Below, piece after piece: positions 19,411 through 31,806 of a stretch of 64,000 nt of DNA. Position numbers and translations under genes: made by a program. The notes under the pieces are model-generated. The model was not told the DNA's origin. It saw nothing but the letters and a program-made list of their open reading frames with translations, and did no database searches. Within the stretch, counting starts at the first letter, position 1. Every line of letters starts with the position of its first letter. Source of the stretch: an uncultured candidate division Zixibacteria bacterium (GTDB lineage: Bacteria > Zixibacteria > MSB-5A5 > UBA10806); NCBI GenBank assembly GCA_963817915.1, contig CAWFQL010000012.1:608001-672000 (forward strand), given 5' to 3'.

Positions 19411-22400
19411 ATGAAAACAGCGTTAGTTATTCTGTCTTTGCTAATGCTTCCGGCTATGCTTTTCGCCGCAGACCTGGAAACTACTGCATTCCTTTCTAAT
19501 GGCGCGGAGTATATTACGGATCAATTTCTCGTCACTACGACCGTCTCCACTCCCGCCTTGGAAATCGGCCAAATGTCCGCTGGCACGGCATATACGGGCG
19601 TTGCGGCAATCGACAATTTTTGCGCACAATATAATGTCGTATCGGTCGAACCCTTTTATAAGGCTCCGGTAAAAAGCCCGATTCTTCGCGAGGTGGTTTC
19701 AAGAATGTATATAATGCACATCGCTCCGGGCAATGATGTTGTTTCCACGTCCGATGAGTTCAAAAAATGCCCCAATCTCGAATATTCCGAACTCTATGTT
19801 ATTCCGCATGCAACATATTTCCCTAATGACCCCAATCGAACTTCACAATACCATTTGGCGAGAACTCGTGCATACGAAGGCTGGGATGTTTTCCGCGGAG
19901 ACCCCACGAGATATGCAATTATAGGAATTGTAGATACCGGTGTTTATTATACTCATCCTGATTTAAACGCCAATATCTGGGTCAATCCCGGGGAAGATCT
20001 AAATGGTGACGGTGTTTGGGATAGCAGCGATGTTAATGGTATTGATGACGATGGCAATGGATACGTAGATGATGGTGTCGGCTGGGATCTTGGTGTTGGG
20101 GATAACAACCCGTCCGAAGAGACTCCTACGCATGGAACTCATGTCGCTGGTTGCGCATCCGAAGTTACTGATAATGGCCTTCGAGGCGCTGGTATAGGTT
20201 TTTCGGCCCGATTGATGCCTGTAAAAGGCGCAAATAGATCAGGTCAGTTAACTGCCGTATATCAGGGCATGACCTACGCTTCAGAAAATGGCGCTCATGT
20301 TATCAACTGTTCATGGGGTTCCAACCAGTATATTGGACAATATCAAAATTTGATAAACGCTATTTGGGCTAATGATGTTGTAGTTGTCGCCGCCGCGGGC
20401 AATGATGGTGTTTCATCGATGTTCTATCCTGCAGGCTACAATAACGTTCTTTCGGTTGTGGCAACAGATCAGACCGATCATAAAGCGAGCTGGTCCAATT
20501 ACGGAACCTGGGTCGATGTTTGCGCTCCCGGAGTCAGTATATATTCGACCTGGGCTCAAAATACGATGCAATATCTCGATGGCACATCTATGGCGTCACC
20601 GATCGTTTCCGGCTTGGTGGCTCTGATAAGGGCGCAGAATACCCATTGGACTAATGAGCAGATTGTCGATCTTATACTGGCCACATCAGATAATATCGAT
20701 GCCCTCAATCCAAACTATGTTAATCAACTTGGTGCCGGTCGAATCAATGTTTATGCGGCTCTAGCTTCCGGAAATTCGCCAAATCTGGGAATTTCAGCTA
20801 TGTCCGCGACGATAACGAATGACGATGGCGATGGAATTCTCAATCCAGGGGAATCATTTAACCTGGTTATAACCTTACACAACTCTTGGAGTGCCGCATC
20901 TAATGTCACGGCAACATTGCGTGGCAATCCCAATTTTGTAATAGCCGACTCGGTTAGATCGTTTGGCAATATCGGTAATGGCGAGGATGGCAGTAATCAG
21001 TCATCACCATATGCCGTGACCGCGTTGAGAAGCCTTATTCCGGGCATGATTCCAATCTCTTTGCATATCACGGCCGATAGCGCTTATGCGGTCGACCGCG
21101 ATACTTCGATAATGGTTTCACTTGATCAAGCGGGATTCCCAAAACAGATTCCCGCGAATATCGAATCTAGCCCGTCTATTCGTCGATTTTGACGGCGACA
21201 ACAATAAGGAACTTGTATTCGGCGCGTCCGATAACAAAGTATATTCATTTGAATCCAATGGTGTTGCCACTCCCGGCTGGCCGCAAACCACCACTGGTAT
21301 GGTGATATCCGGTCCTGCCGTTGGCGATCTTGATAACGATGGCAATGATGAAGTGGTAGCGGTTTCCAAGGATGGCAAATTCTATGCATGGGAAGCGAAC
21401 GGCAGCCTTATGCCCGGTTTCCCTGTTACTAAAGGCGGTACATTCTATTCCGGTCCGCTACTCATTGACCTTGATGGAGACGATCATCTTGATATCGTAG
21501 CCGGCTCATATTCGGATAATAAAGTTTATGTTGTCGATTACACAGGCGTTGATCGCCCGGGTTGGCCCGTCACGGCGACCTCGAGATGGTATGGTTCACC
21601 TTCATCCGGCGATATCGATAACGACGGAATCCCTGAAATAGTCTATGCGGGTTTTGATTCCTTGCTTCATGTATGGAATGGCGACGGGACCGAAGTGGCA
21701 GGTTTCCCTGCCAGATTAAATTCCACCTGCTGGGTTTCGGCTGCCGTAGGGAATATCGATGGCGATAATCGGCCCGAAATAGTTGTCCCTGTATCTGGCG
21801 GCAGTGTATTCGCATTCAATGATGACGGCTCAACTGTAGCCGGATTCCCATTAAATTTAGGCGTAGTTTTGAAATCCTCTCCTTCGATGGCCGATTTGAA
21901 TGGCGATAACAGGCCGGATATTGTTTTTGGCGCGAACGACGGAAGAATATACGCGATTGATGGAAGCGGCGCCAATTTAGCGGGATTTCCTGTTACTCCG
22001 GGCGGAACTATATCGGGAAGCCCCGTAATCGGTGATATCACCGGTGACGGCCAGCCTGATATAATTGTTGGCTCTTCTAACGGCAATGCCTGCTATCTGA
22101 ATGGTTATGACAGAAATGGGCAGATTCTGAGAAATTTCCCAATCCCGGGTGAAGCTACCGGACAGATAACTTCTTCCGCAGCCATAGGGCTTTTTGATAG
22201 TGATGCCAGTATGGAAATCGCAATTGGAATTAAGGCTACCTCTGGAAATAATTTAATGGTTATCGATTATAAAGAGAATGCCTCAGCGCTTAACTTGATA
22301 TGGCCAGTATTCGGCAAGGATATTTGGCGTTCCAATAATTCCGGAAATACGATTACCTCAGTAGATAACCCGGTAATCGCGCCGACATCATTCTCTTTAT

Positions 22401-22663
22401 CCCAGAATTATCCCAATCCATTCAATGCTTCTACGCGCATCGAATTTTCTTTGAAAAACGCCGGTGACGCACAATTGACTGTTTTCGATCTTCTTGGACG
22501 TCAGGTAAAGACATTGCAGTCCGGGCTCCTTACTGCTGGAAAACATAGTTTCTTGTGGAATGGCAACGATGAATCCGGAAGCGTAGTTTCCTCGGGAGTC
22601 TATTTCTACAGATTATCAAGTGCGGAAGGTACTGTCGTAAAACAGATGCTTCTCCTCAAATAA
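19411..22663 (+). CDS. Secreted S8 subtilase with FG-GAP repeats and T9SS-type/FlgD-Ig C-terminal domain, split by a +1 frameshift near 21175
   Basis: Signal peptide; triad IVDTG / HGTHVAG / GTSMASP; GDxDxDG repeats; NYPNPFN..GVYFY..KQMLLLK. Repaired length about 1083 aa. Confidence 0.9.
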
Positions 22664-22681
22664 CAAATTCGCGCAATTATT

Positions 22682-22716
22682 AAAAGACCCGGCTTAAAAG
22701 GCCGGGTTTTTTTATT
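22682..22716 (+). terminator. Rho-independent terminator
   Basis: GACCCGGC-loop-GCCGGGTT followed by a T run. Confidence 0.8.
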
Positions 22717-22772
22717 GAATATATGCAAGATTGTGCGCAATTGATATTTAAGTGAAATTAATAATTTAAAGC

Positions 22773-22788
22773 AGGCATTATCTTTGCA
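22773..22788 (+). promoter_or_regulatory. Probable sigma-54 -24/-12 promoter
   Basis: AGGCAT-TATCT-TTGCA with correct GG-N10-GC spacing, in the intergenic region. Confidence 0.6.
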
Positions 22789-22988
22789 ATAGATGATTTG
22801 TATAAGGAGGATAAAGTAGATTTTACTTGACAAGTTGGGTAAATTTTTTAAATTTTACTTAAAGGTGGCTTGTCCACCGGGTTTGCTAAGTTATGATATT
22901 TTTCTTAACTGTTTTTCGATCAAGTTCGCTGCAAGCGTGGATCTCCTCGTTCAATAGTTTAACTTTGGATTGAAAGGGAGCAGAGGCC

Positions 22989-25900
22989 GTGTCGAAATCT
23001 TTTATGGCAATACCAATTAGAATAGTAATCATAATTGCGATTTTTGGTATTCCGGCCTTATCTCAGGCTTCGGGTATAATTTCAGGTATTTCTGGCCAGG
23101 ATTATTATTCTGATAAATTCATTATTTCCATAAAGGAAGGTGTTGAGCTTTATCCAGCCGTTCTGCAAAATGGTCAATTTCAATCGTTGGGGAATCGATC
23201 TATTGAGCAAATTTCACTGGCGGCCGGTGTTATTGAAATCAAGCCTTTTTACGATGCCCGTATAAGAAATGAATATATGCGCAGTGTTGTAGAGAGAATA
23301 TTTATATTGAAACTTACGGATAATGCTAACCTTGAAACGGCCATAGGAGTATTTTCGAATTCATCCGAGGTGGAATACGCCGAGCCGTATTATATTTGCC
23401 ATGCGGATTATACCCCCAACGACCCTCTATCTTTTAATTGGTATCATCTCAGAAATATCGAGGCTTATTTTGCTTGGGATGTTATCCGCGGTGATTCTAC
23501 GAGAAGCCCGATACTGGCCATAGTGGATTCCGGCGTTTACTGGGATCATCCCGATCTTGAGCCGAATATGTGGATAAATGCCGGCGAAGATATCGATGGC
23601 GACGGCCGATTCACGGAAGCTGATATTAATGGAATCGATGATGACGGCAACGATTTTGTAGATGATGTTGTCGGTTACGATATTTCGATGCAGGACAATA
23701 ATCCGTTCGAGCCGATTCCCTGGCACGGGACCCATGTGGCAGGTTGTGCATCGATGACTACTGATAACGGTTACGGCGGCGCGGCCGTGGGATGGGCTGC
23801 CAGAATTATGGCAGTCAAATGCGCCCGAGACAATGACCCCAATAGTATTCCGAATGGATTCCAGGGGATAATATATGCCACCGATAACGGCGCCAAAGTG
23901 ATTAATTGCAGTTGGGGAAGGCCCGGCTCGCCCTCTCAATCCGAACAGAGTATAATTACCAGCGCTTATAACGCAGGTGTGACAGTAATATGCGCCGCTG
24001 GTAATGAAAGCAGTTCTGCCAGACATTACCCGGCGGCTTATGAACATGTCATTTCGGTTGCCTCGGTCGGGAGTGACGATACCAAATCAAGTTTCTCTAA
24101 TTTTGGTTCATGGGTCGATATAAGCGCGCCCGGCGATGGAATTATCTCGACCTGGGATCATTCTTTGTTTACGTCGCTGAGCGGGACATCGATGGCCTCT
24201 CCCATAGTCTCCGGCACTGCCTGCCTGATTCTTGCGGCAAATCCGAGTTATACGCCTGATGAGGTGGAACAGCGACTCGGCGATACAGCCGACGATATCG
24301 ATTCTTTAAATCCGGATTACATAGGTCTTTTGGGGCATGGAAGGGTTAATGCCGCGGCTGCGGTCGGCATGGGTGTCGCTCCCAGGATTGAAGTCGTCGG
24401 TGTAGGAGTGATATTAACAAATGATCTTGATAACGATGGAATGCCGAATCCAGGCGAAACGATAAATGTCGTAATTGATCTCAGCAACGCCTATGCCGAT
24501 GCGAATAACGTAACCGGTATGCTTGTTTCCGATGGCCAATTTACGCTTAACGATTCCATCGCCGATTTTGGTTCTATTCCCGGGAATGGAGGAATGGGAA
24601 ATAATTCATCGAACCCATTCAGTGTGACTATCAATGATGATGCGACTATCGGGCAACATGTCTTTACGCTATATATTAATTCCGGTTCGAATTACCGCAT
24701 TCAGCGCCCAATTTCGTTGATGGTTACTCTACAGCAGCGCGGTTTTCCTGCCAATATTCTGGGTCAGATCGAATCATCGCCGCTTGTATTTGATGTTGAC
24801 GGAGACCAAAGCAATGAAATAATTGTCAGCGCCAATGATAGAAAATACTATGTGTATGAATCCGATGGTTCGCTGAAGGCCGGATGGCCGGTCAATGTGG
24901 CCAGTGAAACCCCTGGCGGTCCTTCGGTCGGGGATTTGGATAATGATGGACAGATTGAAATTGTCGGCACCGATAGGTCGGGCAATATCTATGCGTGGGA
25001 TTCCGAAGGGAATTTCGTTGACGGATTTCCGTTCGCGGGTTCCTCGATAATGTATTCATCTCCGGTCTTAGGCGATATCAATGGCGATTCCTATCTCGAA
25101 ATTGTGGCTTGTGGATTTACGTCCAAAAAAGTTTATATATTAAATCATGACGGAACAGCGTTTCCGAACTGGCCGTATCAGGGGATCGGGAATTTTTACG
25201 GATCGCCGGCGCTTGCTGATATTGATAATGACGGACTGCCGGAGATTATTGCCTGTGATTTCGATTCTACGATTCATGTTTGGAATCAAGATAAGACTTA
25301 TGTCGAAGGATTCCCTAAAAAGGCATCTGGACAATTCTGGGTGAATCCGAGCGTGGTGGATATCGATGGAGATGGCAATCTTAATATAATCGCGGCCACA
25401 TCCGCGGGCGACTTGTATGTTTATGACAACAATGGTTCGGTGATGCCCGGTTGGCCGGTGCGATTTTCGCCAGGGCCGCTTCGTTCAAGTCCATCTCTGG
25501 CCGATATTGACGGCGATGGCCATATCGAAATTTTGATCGGCTCCAATGATGGGAATATGTATGTTTACAACAGCGATGGCACGCCGCAATCCTGTTTCCC
25601 CTTCATAGCGGACGGCAATGTTTCATCGTCACCGGTAGTGGGCAAGATTGACGGTGATAATATTTATGATATTGTGATCGGTTCATCCGAAGGTTTAATA
25701 TATGCATTCAATGTACATGGTCGAATCCTCAATCATTTCCCGATAAGGGCGACTTCCGACAGGATCGATTACTGGGTCGGCGGCACTGGCCGATCTCGAT
25801 GGTGATAATGACGTGGAAATTATTATCGGTTCCAAGGGCGCGGGATACAATCTGGATGTTATCGATTATAAAGATCAGGTAACCGATATGCATTTTCCGT

Positions 25901-26262
25901 GGCAATTCTTCGGCAATAACGTTCGCAGGACGTCATATTATGGCGAATTTCTGACGGGTTTGGAGAGAAAATCCGATATTCCACATGAATTTTCTCTCGG
26001 ACAAAATTATCCAAACCCGTTCAATATGGCGACTAAAATCGAATTTTCTGTTCCGGCGGATGGTCGGGCTGATCTGCAGATTTATGACCTGCTTGGCAGA
26101 CGATCAAGGATGCTTTATTCGGGTTATATTAAGGCAGGTAATTACAATATGACATGGGATGGCTCTGACGATAGGGGCAATCCGGTGTCGTCGGGTATAT
26201 ATTTTTATAAATTAAATGTAGGAAAAACGACATTAACGAATAGGATGACTCTAATTAAATAG
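22989..26262 (+). CDS. Second secreted S8 subtilase with FG-GAP repeats and T9SS-type C-terminal domain, split by a +1 frameshift near 25756
   Basis: Triad IVDSG / HGTHVAG / GTSMASP; same architecture as the upstream paralog; ends NRMTLIK. Repaired length about 1090 aa. Confidence 0.9.
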
Positions 26263-26368
26263 GAGGTAATTTGAAAACTGATCTTGGTGAAAGATCCTTA
26301 AAAGGAGGTGAAGCCTAACGGCAAATTATTTTTAGTTTAATTTTTTTTAAATTCACTTGGAGGATTCA

Positions 26369-28211
26369 ATGAAAAGAATGTTAGTTTTGTTTGTAGGAAT
26401 GTTTTTGTTGGCCGGAATGGCTTCGGCCGGTACATTTAGTCAGCAAGTTTTGTCGACTCCGATCATTACCGATAATGGCGGCCCGGATGCCTTCGGTTAT
26501 AGATGGATTGATAATGATGGCGGCGGCGGCCCGACTTATAACTGGATTGATATTTCGAGCCGTCGGAGTGCCTGTAACAGGCTTAGCCGATGATAATAAT
26601 GTCGGTCCTTTTTCCTTCGGTTTTGATTTTCCGTACTACTGGTATACAGTAAACCATATGTGGATCGGTTCCAATGGCTATACGTCATTCTCATCGAACG
26701 CGAATTTCGCGCATCCATTCGCGGATATTCCGACAGCCACACAGCCGAATGATTTAATGGCAGTTTTGACGGGCGATCTTGATTTTTCAAGAGGCAACGC
26801 TCATTGCTATTTCTATACCAATAACTCTGACAGCGTAATTGTGTCATGGGTAAACGTCGGCGAATTCGGTTATATCGATTCATTACATACTTTCCAGGTT
26901 ATTTTGTCGAAAGCTGATTCTTCCATCACCTATCAATACGGCGCCAATCATGGCCGCTTCCTTGATAGCAGCGGTGGCACCATGACTGTAATCGGTATTG
27001 AAAATGTCAACGGTCAGGTGGGAATTCAGTATCTTCGTAGCAACCTGCCGGCCAACCATATGTGGCATGAAGGACTGGCTTTGAGATTCTACCCACAGCC
27101 AGATCCGAATTTTGTAGTTCATGATTTTGGAATGATGAATTCATTCAATGAAACCTCCGGCGCGGAATTTATTCCACTAAGCCAGGGGTACCAGATTCGC
27201 GCCGAAGTGAAAAATTTCGGAAACCAGGCTGAATCGAACATGAAGGTGCGCGTTCAGGTTAAAAGAGGCGCCACTATAGTAGTAACTGATACGGTATTAG
27301 TCGCCAGTCTGAGCCCGAGCCAGGCTATCTGGGTTGATTTCGCAAGGCTGCTTACTCCGACAGTTGCGGGCACATACAAGGCCACATTCTCATCAATTCT
27401 AACCGGCGACCAGAATCCGAATAATAATTCATTGATTTCCGAGCTCGATGCTTTCCAGCTGCCGCAAGTTTTGCGTTATTGCGGCGATCTGGCGGCGACA
27501 GGCCGTAGCTGGACCGGCGATTTTTCGGGATTTGGTTCCGAATATGTGGTTCCCCAGGCTGTAGAATTGACATCATGCGGATTTTACGTCTATTCAGTAA
27601 CAGCCGCCGGACCTGGATATGTTTATATCCTGGTTAACAACGATCAGAGTCTGCCTGATTTTGATCATCCTCTATTCGTTGATACAGTCCAGGTATCCGA
27701 TACTGGCTGGGTCAATGTCGATCTTTCAAACGCCAGCTTGACTTTCGGTGCAAACCAGAAATTCTATATGGTCGCCCTCCACGCGCTCGAAAATACATTC
27801 CAATTTGGTATGGACCAGACCACTCCTCTTTCCAATAGAGGCTGGGAATATACTGGCGGATTGGCTCCAGATAGAGATCGCAGTGTTTCCGATATCATGT
27901 TCAAGGTCAATGCCGAGGGTGCAACCGGCATCGAAGAATCGATTACTCCGAAATCCTTTACACTCTCCCAGAACTATCCGAATCCATTCAATGCTCAGAC
28001 TAACATCAGTTTCTCACTTGCGAAGGATTCAGATATATCGCTTAAGATCTACAACATCATTGGTCAGCAGGTACAAGACCTTTCCGGCAGATACAAAGCT
28101 GGAAATAATATCGTAACCTGGGACGCTTCCCGAGTTGCTTCCGGAGTCTATTTCTATAGAGTCGATACCGGAAATGCTTCAGAGACAAAGAGAATGTTAC
28201 TGCTTAAGTAA
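26369..28211 (+). CDS. Secreted protein with CARDB-like Ig domain and T9SS-type C-terminal domain, split by a +1 frameshift near 26560
   Basis: Signal peptide, [12 protein letters not shown] motif, [26 protein letters not shown]. No catalytic motif seen. Repaired length about 613 aa. Confidence 0.82.
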
Positions 28212-28233
28212 TTTTTCTTCATCTTCTAGCTTT

Positions 28234-28263
28234 GAGCCCCCGAGCTTTTTCGGGGGCTTTTTT
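28234..28263 (+). terminator. Rho-independent terminator
   Basis: AGCCCCCGA-loop-TCGGGGGCT followed by a T run. Confidence 0.85.
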
Positions 28264-28472
28264 ATTATTTTAAAATTCGTAATCATTTCTTTCACTATTA
28301 TGCAAATCGTTTCACAGAGAAATATTATAGATTACCATGACAAGAAAACGACATTTCTCATGGAATCGCATCTCGTTTGATATCAGCGGTTTACGGGTGG
28401 CAGTCCGATTTGCTGGTTATGTGATTTTCGGGCATAGGTTTTGTTCTAAAGGAAGGTGGCGAAGGAGGCTAT

Positions 28473-31331
28473 TTGAGAAAAATTTATTATTTTGCAAAAT
28501 TCATTTCTATTTGCATGATCGTGGTATCATTCTCTTCCTCTGTTAGCTTTGCGGAAACTATGATTTTTAGGATGAAGGATGTCGGCCCGGTTCTCATGTC
28601 ATCAGCGAAGATCGGCGACAAAAAGCTCGGCCATCAGCCAATAATCGCGAATCTCCAGAATCGCGCTACATTTTCGCAATCTGATATTATCGCGGTCGTA
28701 GAAAAACTCAAAGCCGAAGGCAAAATTACTTCTTATAAGCAATTTTGGATTACGAATGCTATTTCTATTACCGGTAATTATGATGAACTAATTCGATTGT
28801 CGCAAAGAGCTGATGTTGAATCTGCTGTCAACGATGCCCCTGTCAGTCTCATAGCGCCTGTCGATATCAGTGGTGCAGAATCAGCCGCTACAGGCGCGGA
28901 ACTCGGCCTGAGAGTCATTAAGGCGCCCGATGCCTGGAGTATCGGCCTTACCGGCGCGGGAAGCCTGGTTTGTAATTTTGATACTGGAGTCTTCGGAAAT
29001 CATCCGGCCCTCATGTCAAAATATAGAGGGAATAATGGCGGAACAGTCTCCGAAAGCTGGTTCGACCCTTATAGCAATACGAATTATCCCATAGATAATA
29101 ACGGCCATGGGACTCATACGATGGGCACAATGCTTGGATCAGATGGCGCCGACACAATCGGAGTCGCGCCGGGAGCACAATGGATCGCGGCGGCGGTAGT
29201 TGATAGAGGCGGCGGTATTCAAAGAACTATTTCCGATATCCTATCGGCATTCCAATGGGTGGCCGATCCCGATGGCGATCCCAATACTACTAATGATGTC
29301 CCCGATGTCGTCAATAATTCATGGGGGATTCCGCTGGGTTATTATCCGGCTTGTGAACAGACTTTCTGGGAAGCGATCGATAATCTTGAAGCAGTCGGAG
29401 TTGTCTGTCTTTTTGCAGCCGGCAATGAGGGCCCTACCGCGAGAACAATCCGTACGCCAGCAGATAGAATCAGTTCCGATTTTAATTCGTTTTCTGTAGG
29501 CGCTGTAGATGGCAGCAGCCAATCATTGACGATTGCAACTTTTTCCAGCCGCGGCCCATCCGGCTGCGATGGCATAACTATCAAGCCAGAAGTCAGCGCC
29601 CCGGGAGTCGCAGTTCGCTCGTCCAGCAGGCTCGGCGGATATGCATCAATGTCGGGTACTTCGATGGCAACTCCGCACGTCGCTGGGGCAGTGGCAATTC
29701 TGAGGCAATTCAATCCCAGCGCCACTCCCGCGCAGATTAAGCAGGCTCTGATGTATTCAGCACGCGATCTTGGGCAGGCAGGCGAGGATAATACTTATGG
29801 ATGGGGCGTTATCGATATCAGAAGAGCGCTTTATTATATGCCCCCGCCCGATGGTCTCTTTCCAGTCTTTATAAGCGAGACAGTGTCCGGCAATGGCGTC
29901 GCTTTTCCCGGCGAAACGTTTTCAGTGCGGCTTCGCATTGAAAATATCGGTCGCCCGGCGTCAACAGTTGCCGCACGTTTGATTTCGAATGATTCCAGGG
30001 CTACAGTTTTGACTTCGGATATTGCATTTGGACCGGTTGACCACATTGATACTGTCGAAATTGGCCCCTTTGATATAGAATTCGCGAATTCAATCAATAA
30101 CGGAGAAATCATGCCCTTCCAATTGTTGTTGACGTCGGGCTCATGGCATGGGACAGTTAATTTTACGTTAGTCGCAGGCGGCGAGGCCTTACCCGGAGTC
30201 GCTTCACATTATAATGATCTGCTATCAATGTCATTTTCCAATTTTGGTCAATTCGGGCTCGGGCCTGGTTCGCTAAATCCTCAGGGCGGTATCGGCTTTA
30301 AATTCCCATCTTCAGGCGCCGATCTGCTTCGCAATGGCTCGTTGATATTGGCAACCAATTCCAGCCATGTCTCCGATGGAGCCATATCTTCCAATCCGAA
30401 CATCACAGACAATGATTTTGCGCCGGTAGCCGGCGGCTATCCGCGAGTATTGTCTCCGGGGCCACATTCCGATCAGGACGGGTATTCTTCATATTCTGAC
30501 GCGGCGGCCGAATCACCGATCGGACTTAATATATCGCAAAAAAGCTTTTGCTGGATAGGATCCGGATCGAGACCATTTGTAATATTCGAATTCACAATAA
30601 AGAATACTACCCCCAATGCTATTAACTCCTTATTTGCCGGTTTATACTGCGATTGGGATTTGCCTTTGACTTCCGGAAATGATGATAATGTCGGTTATAT
30701 AGATTATGAGTCTTTGGGATATATGCAGGATCCGGCCACGGGACTTGCGGTAGGAATAAAATCAATCACTTCGAATGCATCATCATATGCGGCGATAAAC
30801 AACAATTCTGTAATATCCGATGGCTTTACCGATCTGGAAAAATTCAACCTGATGACATCAGGTTTTTCGTTTACATCCAACAGCAGTCCCGACAACTATT
30901 CGCATCTTTTGACTGTCGGACCTTATAGTATCGCCTCAGGTGATTCTGAAGTAGTAGCCTTCTCGTTTGTCGCTGGCAACAGTCTTCAGGAACTCATTGC
31001 CTCGGCTGACCAATCATTTTGGATGTATCCCGGGCTGACAGGGATTTCAGAAAATACAGTACTTCCTGAGCGAAACTCAATTATCTCGAATTATCCCAAT
31101 CCATTTAATAGCAGCACTGTAATAAGTATCAGCGGCCCATTGAGTGAAAATGGAGCAATCGGAATTTATGATATTATAGGGCGTTTGGTAAAACGGATTG
31201 ACCTAAACGGAAAAGACCAGACTGTCTGGAATGGTACGGATGATAATGGACAAAATGTATCGTCGGGTATGTATTTCGCCCGCCTTTTGGATGGAAACGG
31301 CGGCGTAAAAAAGATGATTTTAATGAAGTAA
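28473..31331 (+). CDS. Secreted S8 peptidase (bacillopeptidase F-like catalytic domain) with T9SS-type C-terminal domain
   Basis: NFDTG, GHGTHTMG, VVNNSWG, FSSRGP, GTSMATPH; NYPNPFN..KKMILMK; AAGGAGG SD. Confidence 0.92.
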   Translation: MRKIYYFAKFISICMIVVSFSSSVSFAETMIFRMKDVGPVLMSSAKIGDKKLGHQPIIANLQNRATFSQSDIIAVVEKLKAEGKITSYKQFWITNAISITGNYDELIRLSQRADVESAVNDAPVSLIAPVDISGAESAATGAELGLRVIKAPDAWSIGLTGAGSLVCNFDTGVFGNHPALMSKYRGNNGGTVSESWFDPYSNTNYPIDNNGHGTHTMGTMLGSDGADTIGVAPGAQWIAAAVVDRGGGIQRTISDILSAFQWVADPDGDPNTTNDVPDVVNNSWGIPLGYYPACEQTFWEAIDNLEAVGVVCLFAAGNEGPTARTIRTPADRISSDFNSFSVGAVDGSSQSLTIATFSSRGPSGCDGITIKPEVSAPGVAVRSSSRLGGYASMSGTSMATPHVAGAVAILRQFNPSATPAQIKQALMYSARDLGQAGEDNTYGWGVIDIRRALYYMPPPDGLFPVFISETVSGNGVAFPGETFSVRLRIENIGRPASTVAARLISNDSRATVLTSDIAFGPVDHIDTVEIGPFDIEFANSINNGEIMPFQLLLTSGSWHGTVNFTLVAGGEALPGVASHYNDLLSMSFSNFGQFGLGPGSLNPQGGIGFKFPSSGADLLRNGSLILATNSSHVSDGAISSNPNITDNDFAPVAGGYPRVLSPGPHSDQDGYSSYSDAAAESPIGLNISQKSFCWIGSGSRPFVIFEFTIKNTTPNAINSLFAGLYCDWDLPLTSGNDDNVGYIDYESLGYMQDPATGLAVGIKSITSNASSYAAINNNSVISDGFTDLEKFNLMTSGFSFTSNSSPDNYSHLLTVGPYSIASGDSEVVAFSFVAGNSLQELIASADQSFWMYPGLTGISENTVLPERNSIISNYPNPFNSSTVISISGPLSENGAIGIYDIIGRLVKRIDLNGKDQTVWNGTDDNGQNVSSGMYFARLLDGNGGVKKMILMK

Positions 31332-31373
31332 TGAACCATTAAGGTTCATAAATTAGAAGGAGTTGATAGTAAG

Positions 31374-31586
31374 TTGATTCAAAAAATGCCTCAATTAAGT
31401 CCCGGCATGTCGACCACGGAGACATTCTACATGGCGGTGATAGGAACGATTTTCGGCATAATGGTAGCGTACCCACTGCAGAAATATCTGTACCGAAAAT
31501 ACATCCGTCGTCATTCCAAAGGCAAAGTTGTTATTCTCTACAAAGACAACGAACCCGAGGAACGCAGAGTATTGCCGAATCTTTAG
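31374..31586 (+). CDS. Small single-TM hypothetical protein
   Basis: SD GAAGGAG, one hydrophobic helix followed by a basic stretch, then a terminator. Confidence 0.55.
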   Translation: MIQKMPQLSPGMSTTETFYMAVIGTIFGIMVAYPLQKYLYRKYIRRHSKGKVVILYKDNEPEERRVLPNL

Positions 31587-31645
31587 TCGTCTCAAAATTG
31601 TAGTAATTTCCAGATTATCGGATAAATCGGATAACAACATCTTTC

Positions 31646-31674
31646 AGGCCTCCAAAGTCATGGAGGCCTTTTTT
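31646..31674 (+). terminator. Rho-independent terminator
   Basis: AGGCCTCCA-loop-TGGAGGCCT followed by a T run. Confidence 0.8.
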
Positions 31675-31806
31675 ATAATTCGGCTACAAGGAACATCCTT
31701 TATAGCAGTTAAGTTTTTCATGCAGACGTTGAGAGAGAAAGCAGTAAATGACTTGACGGAAATTATCGAAAACTTTATTGGAGCAAATGACCAGCGGAGC
31801 GAAGAT

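Noticed and set aside
21180..25830. Periodic GAY-GGC-GAY repeats as a CRISPR or DNA repeat array
   Set aside because: They are degenerate protein-level FG-GAP repeats within coding sequence. There are no identical repeats with spacers and no cas genes.
28398..28414. TGGCAG..TTGCT as a sigma-54 promoter
   Set aside because: GG-to-GC spacing is 11 rather than the required 10 nt.
31528..31806. N-terminal extension of the YyaL-like ORF in the track
   Set aside because: It overlaps the upstream small gene and crosses a terminator. Family similarity starts near [11 protein letters not shown].
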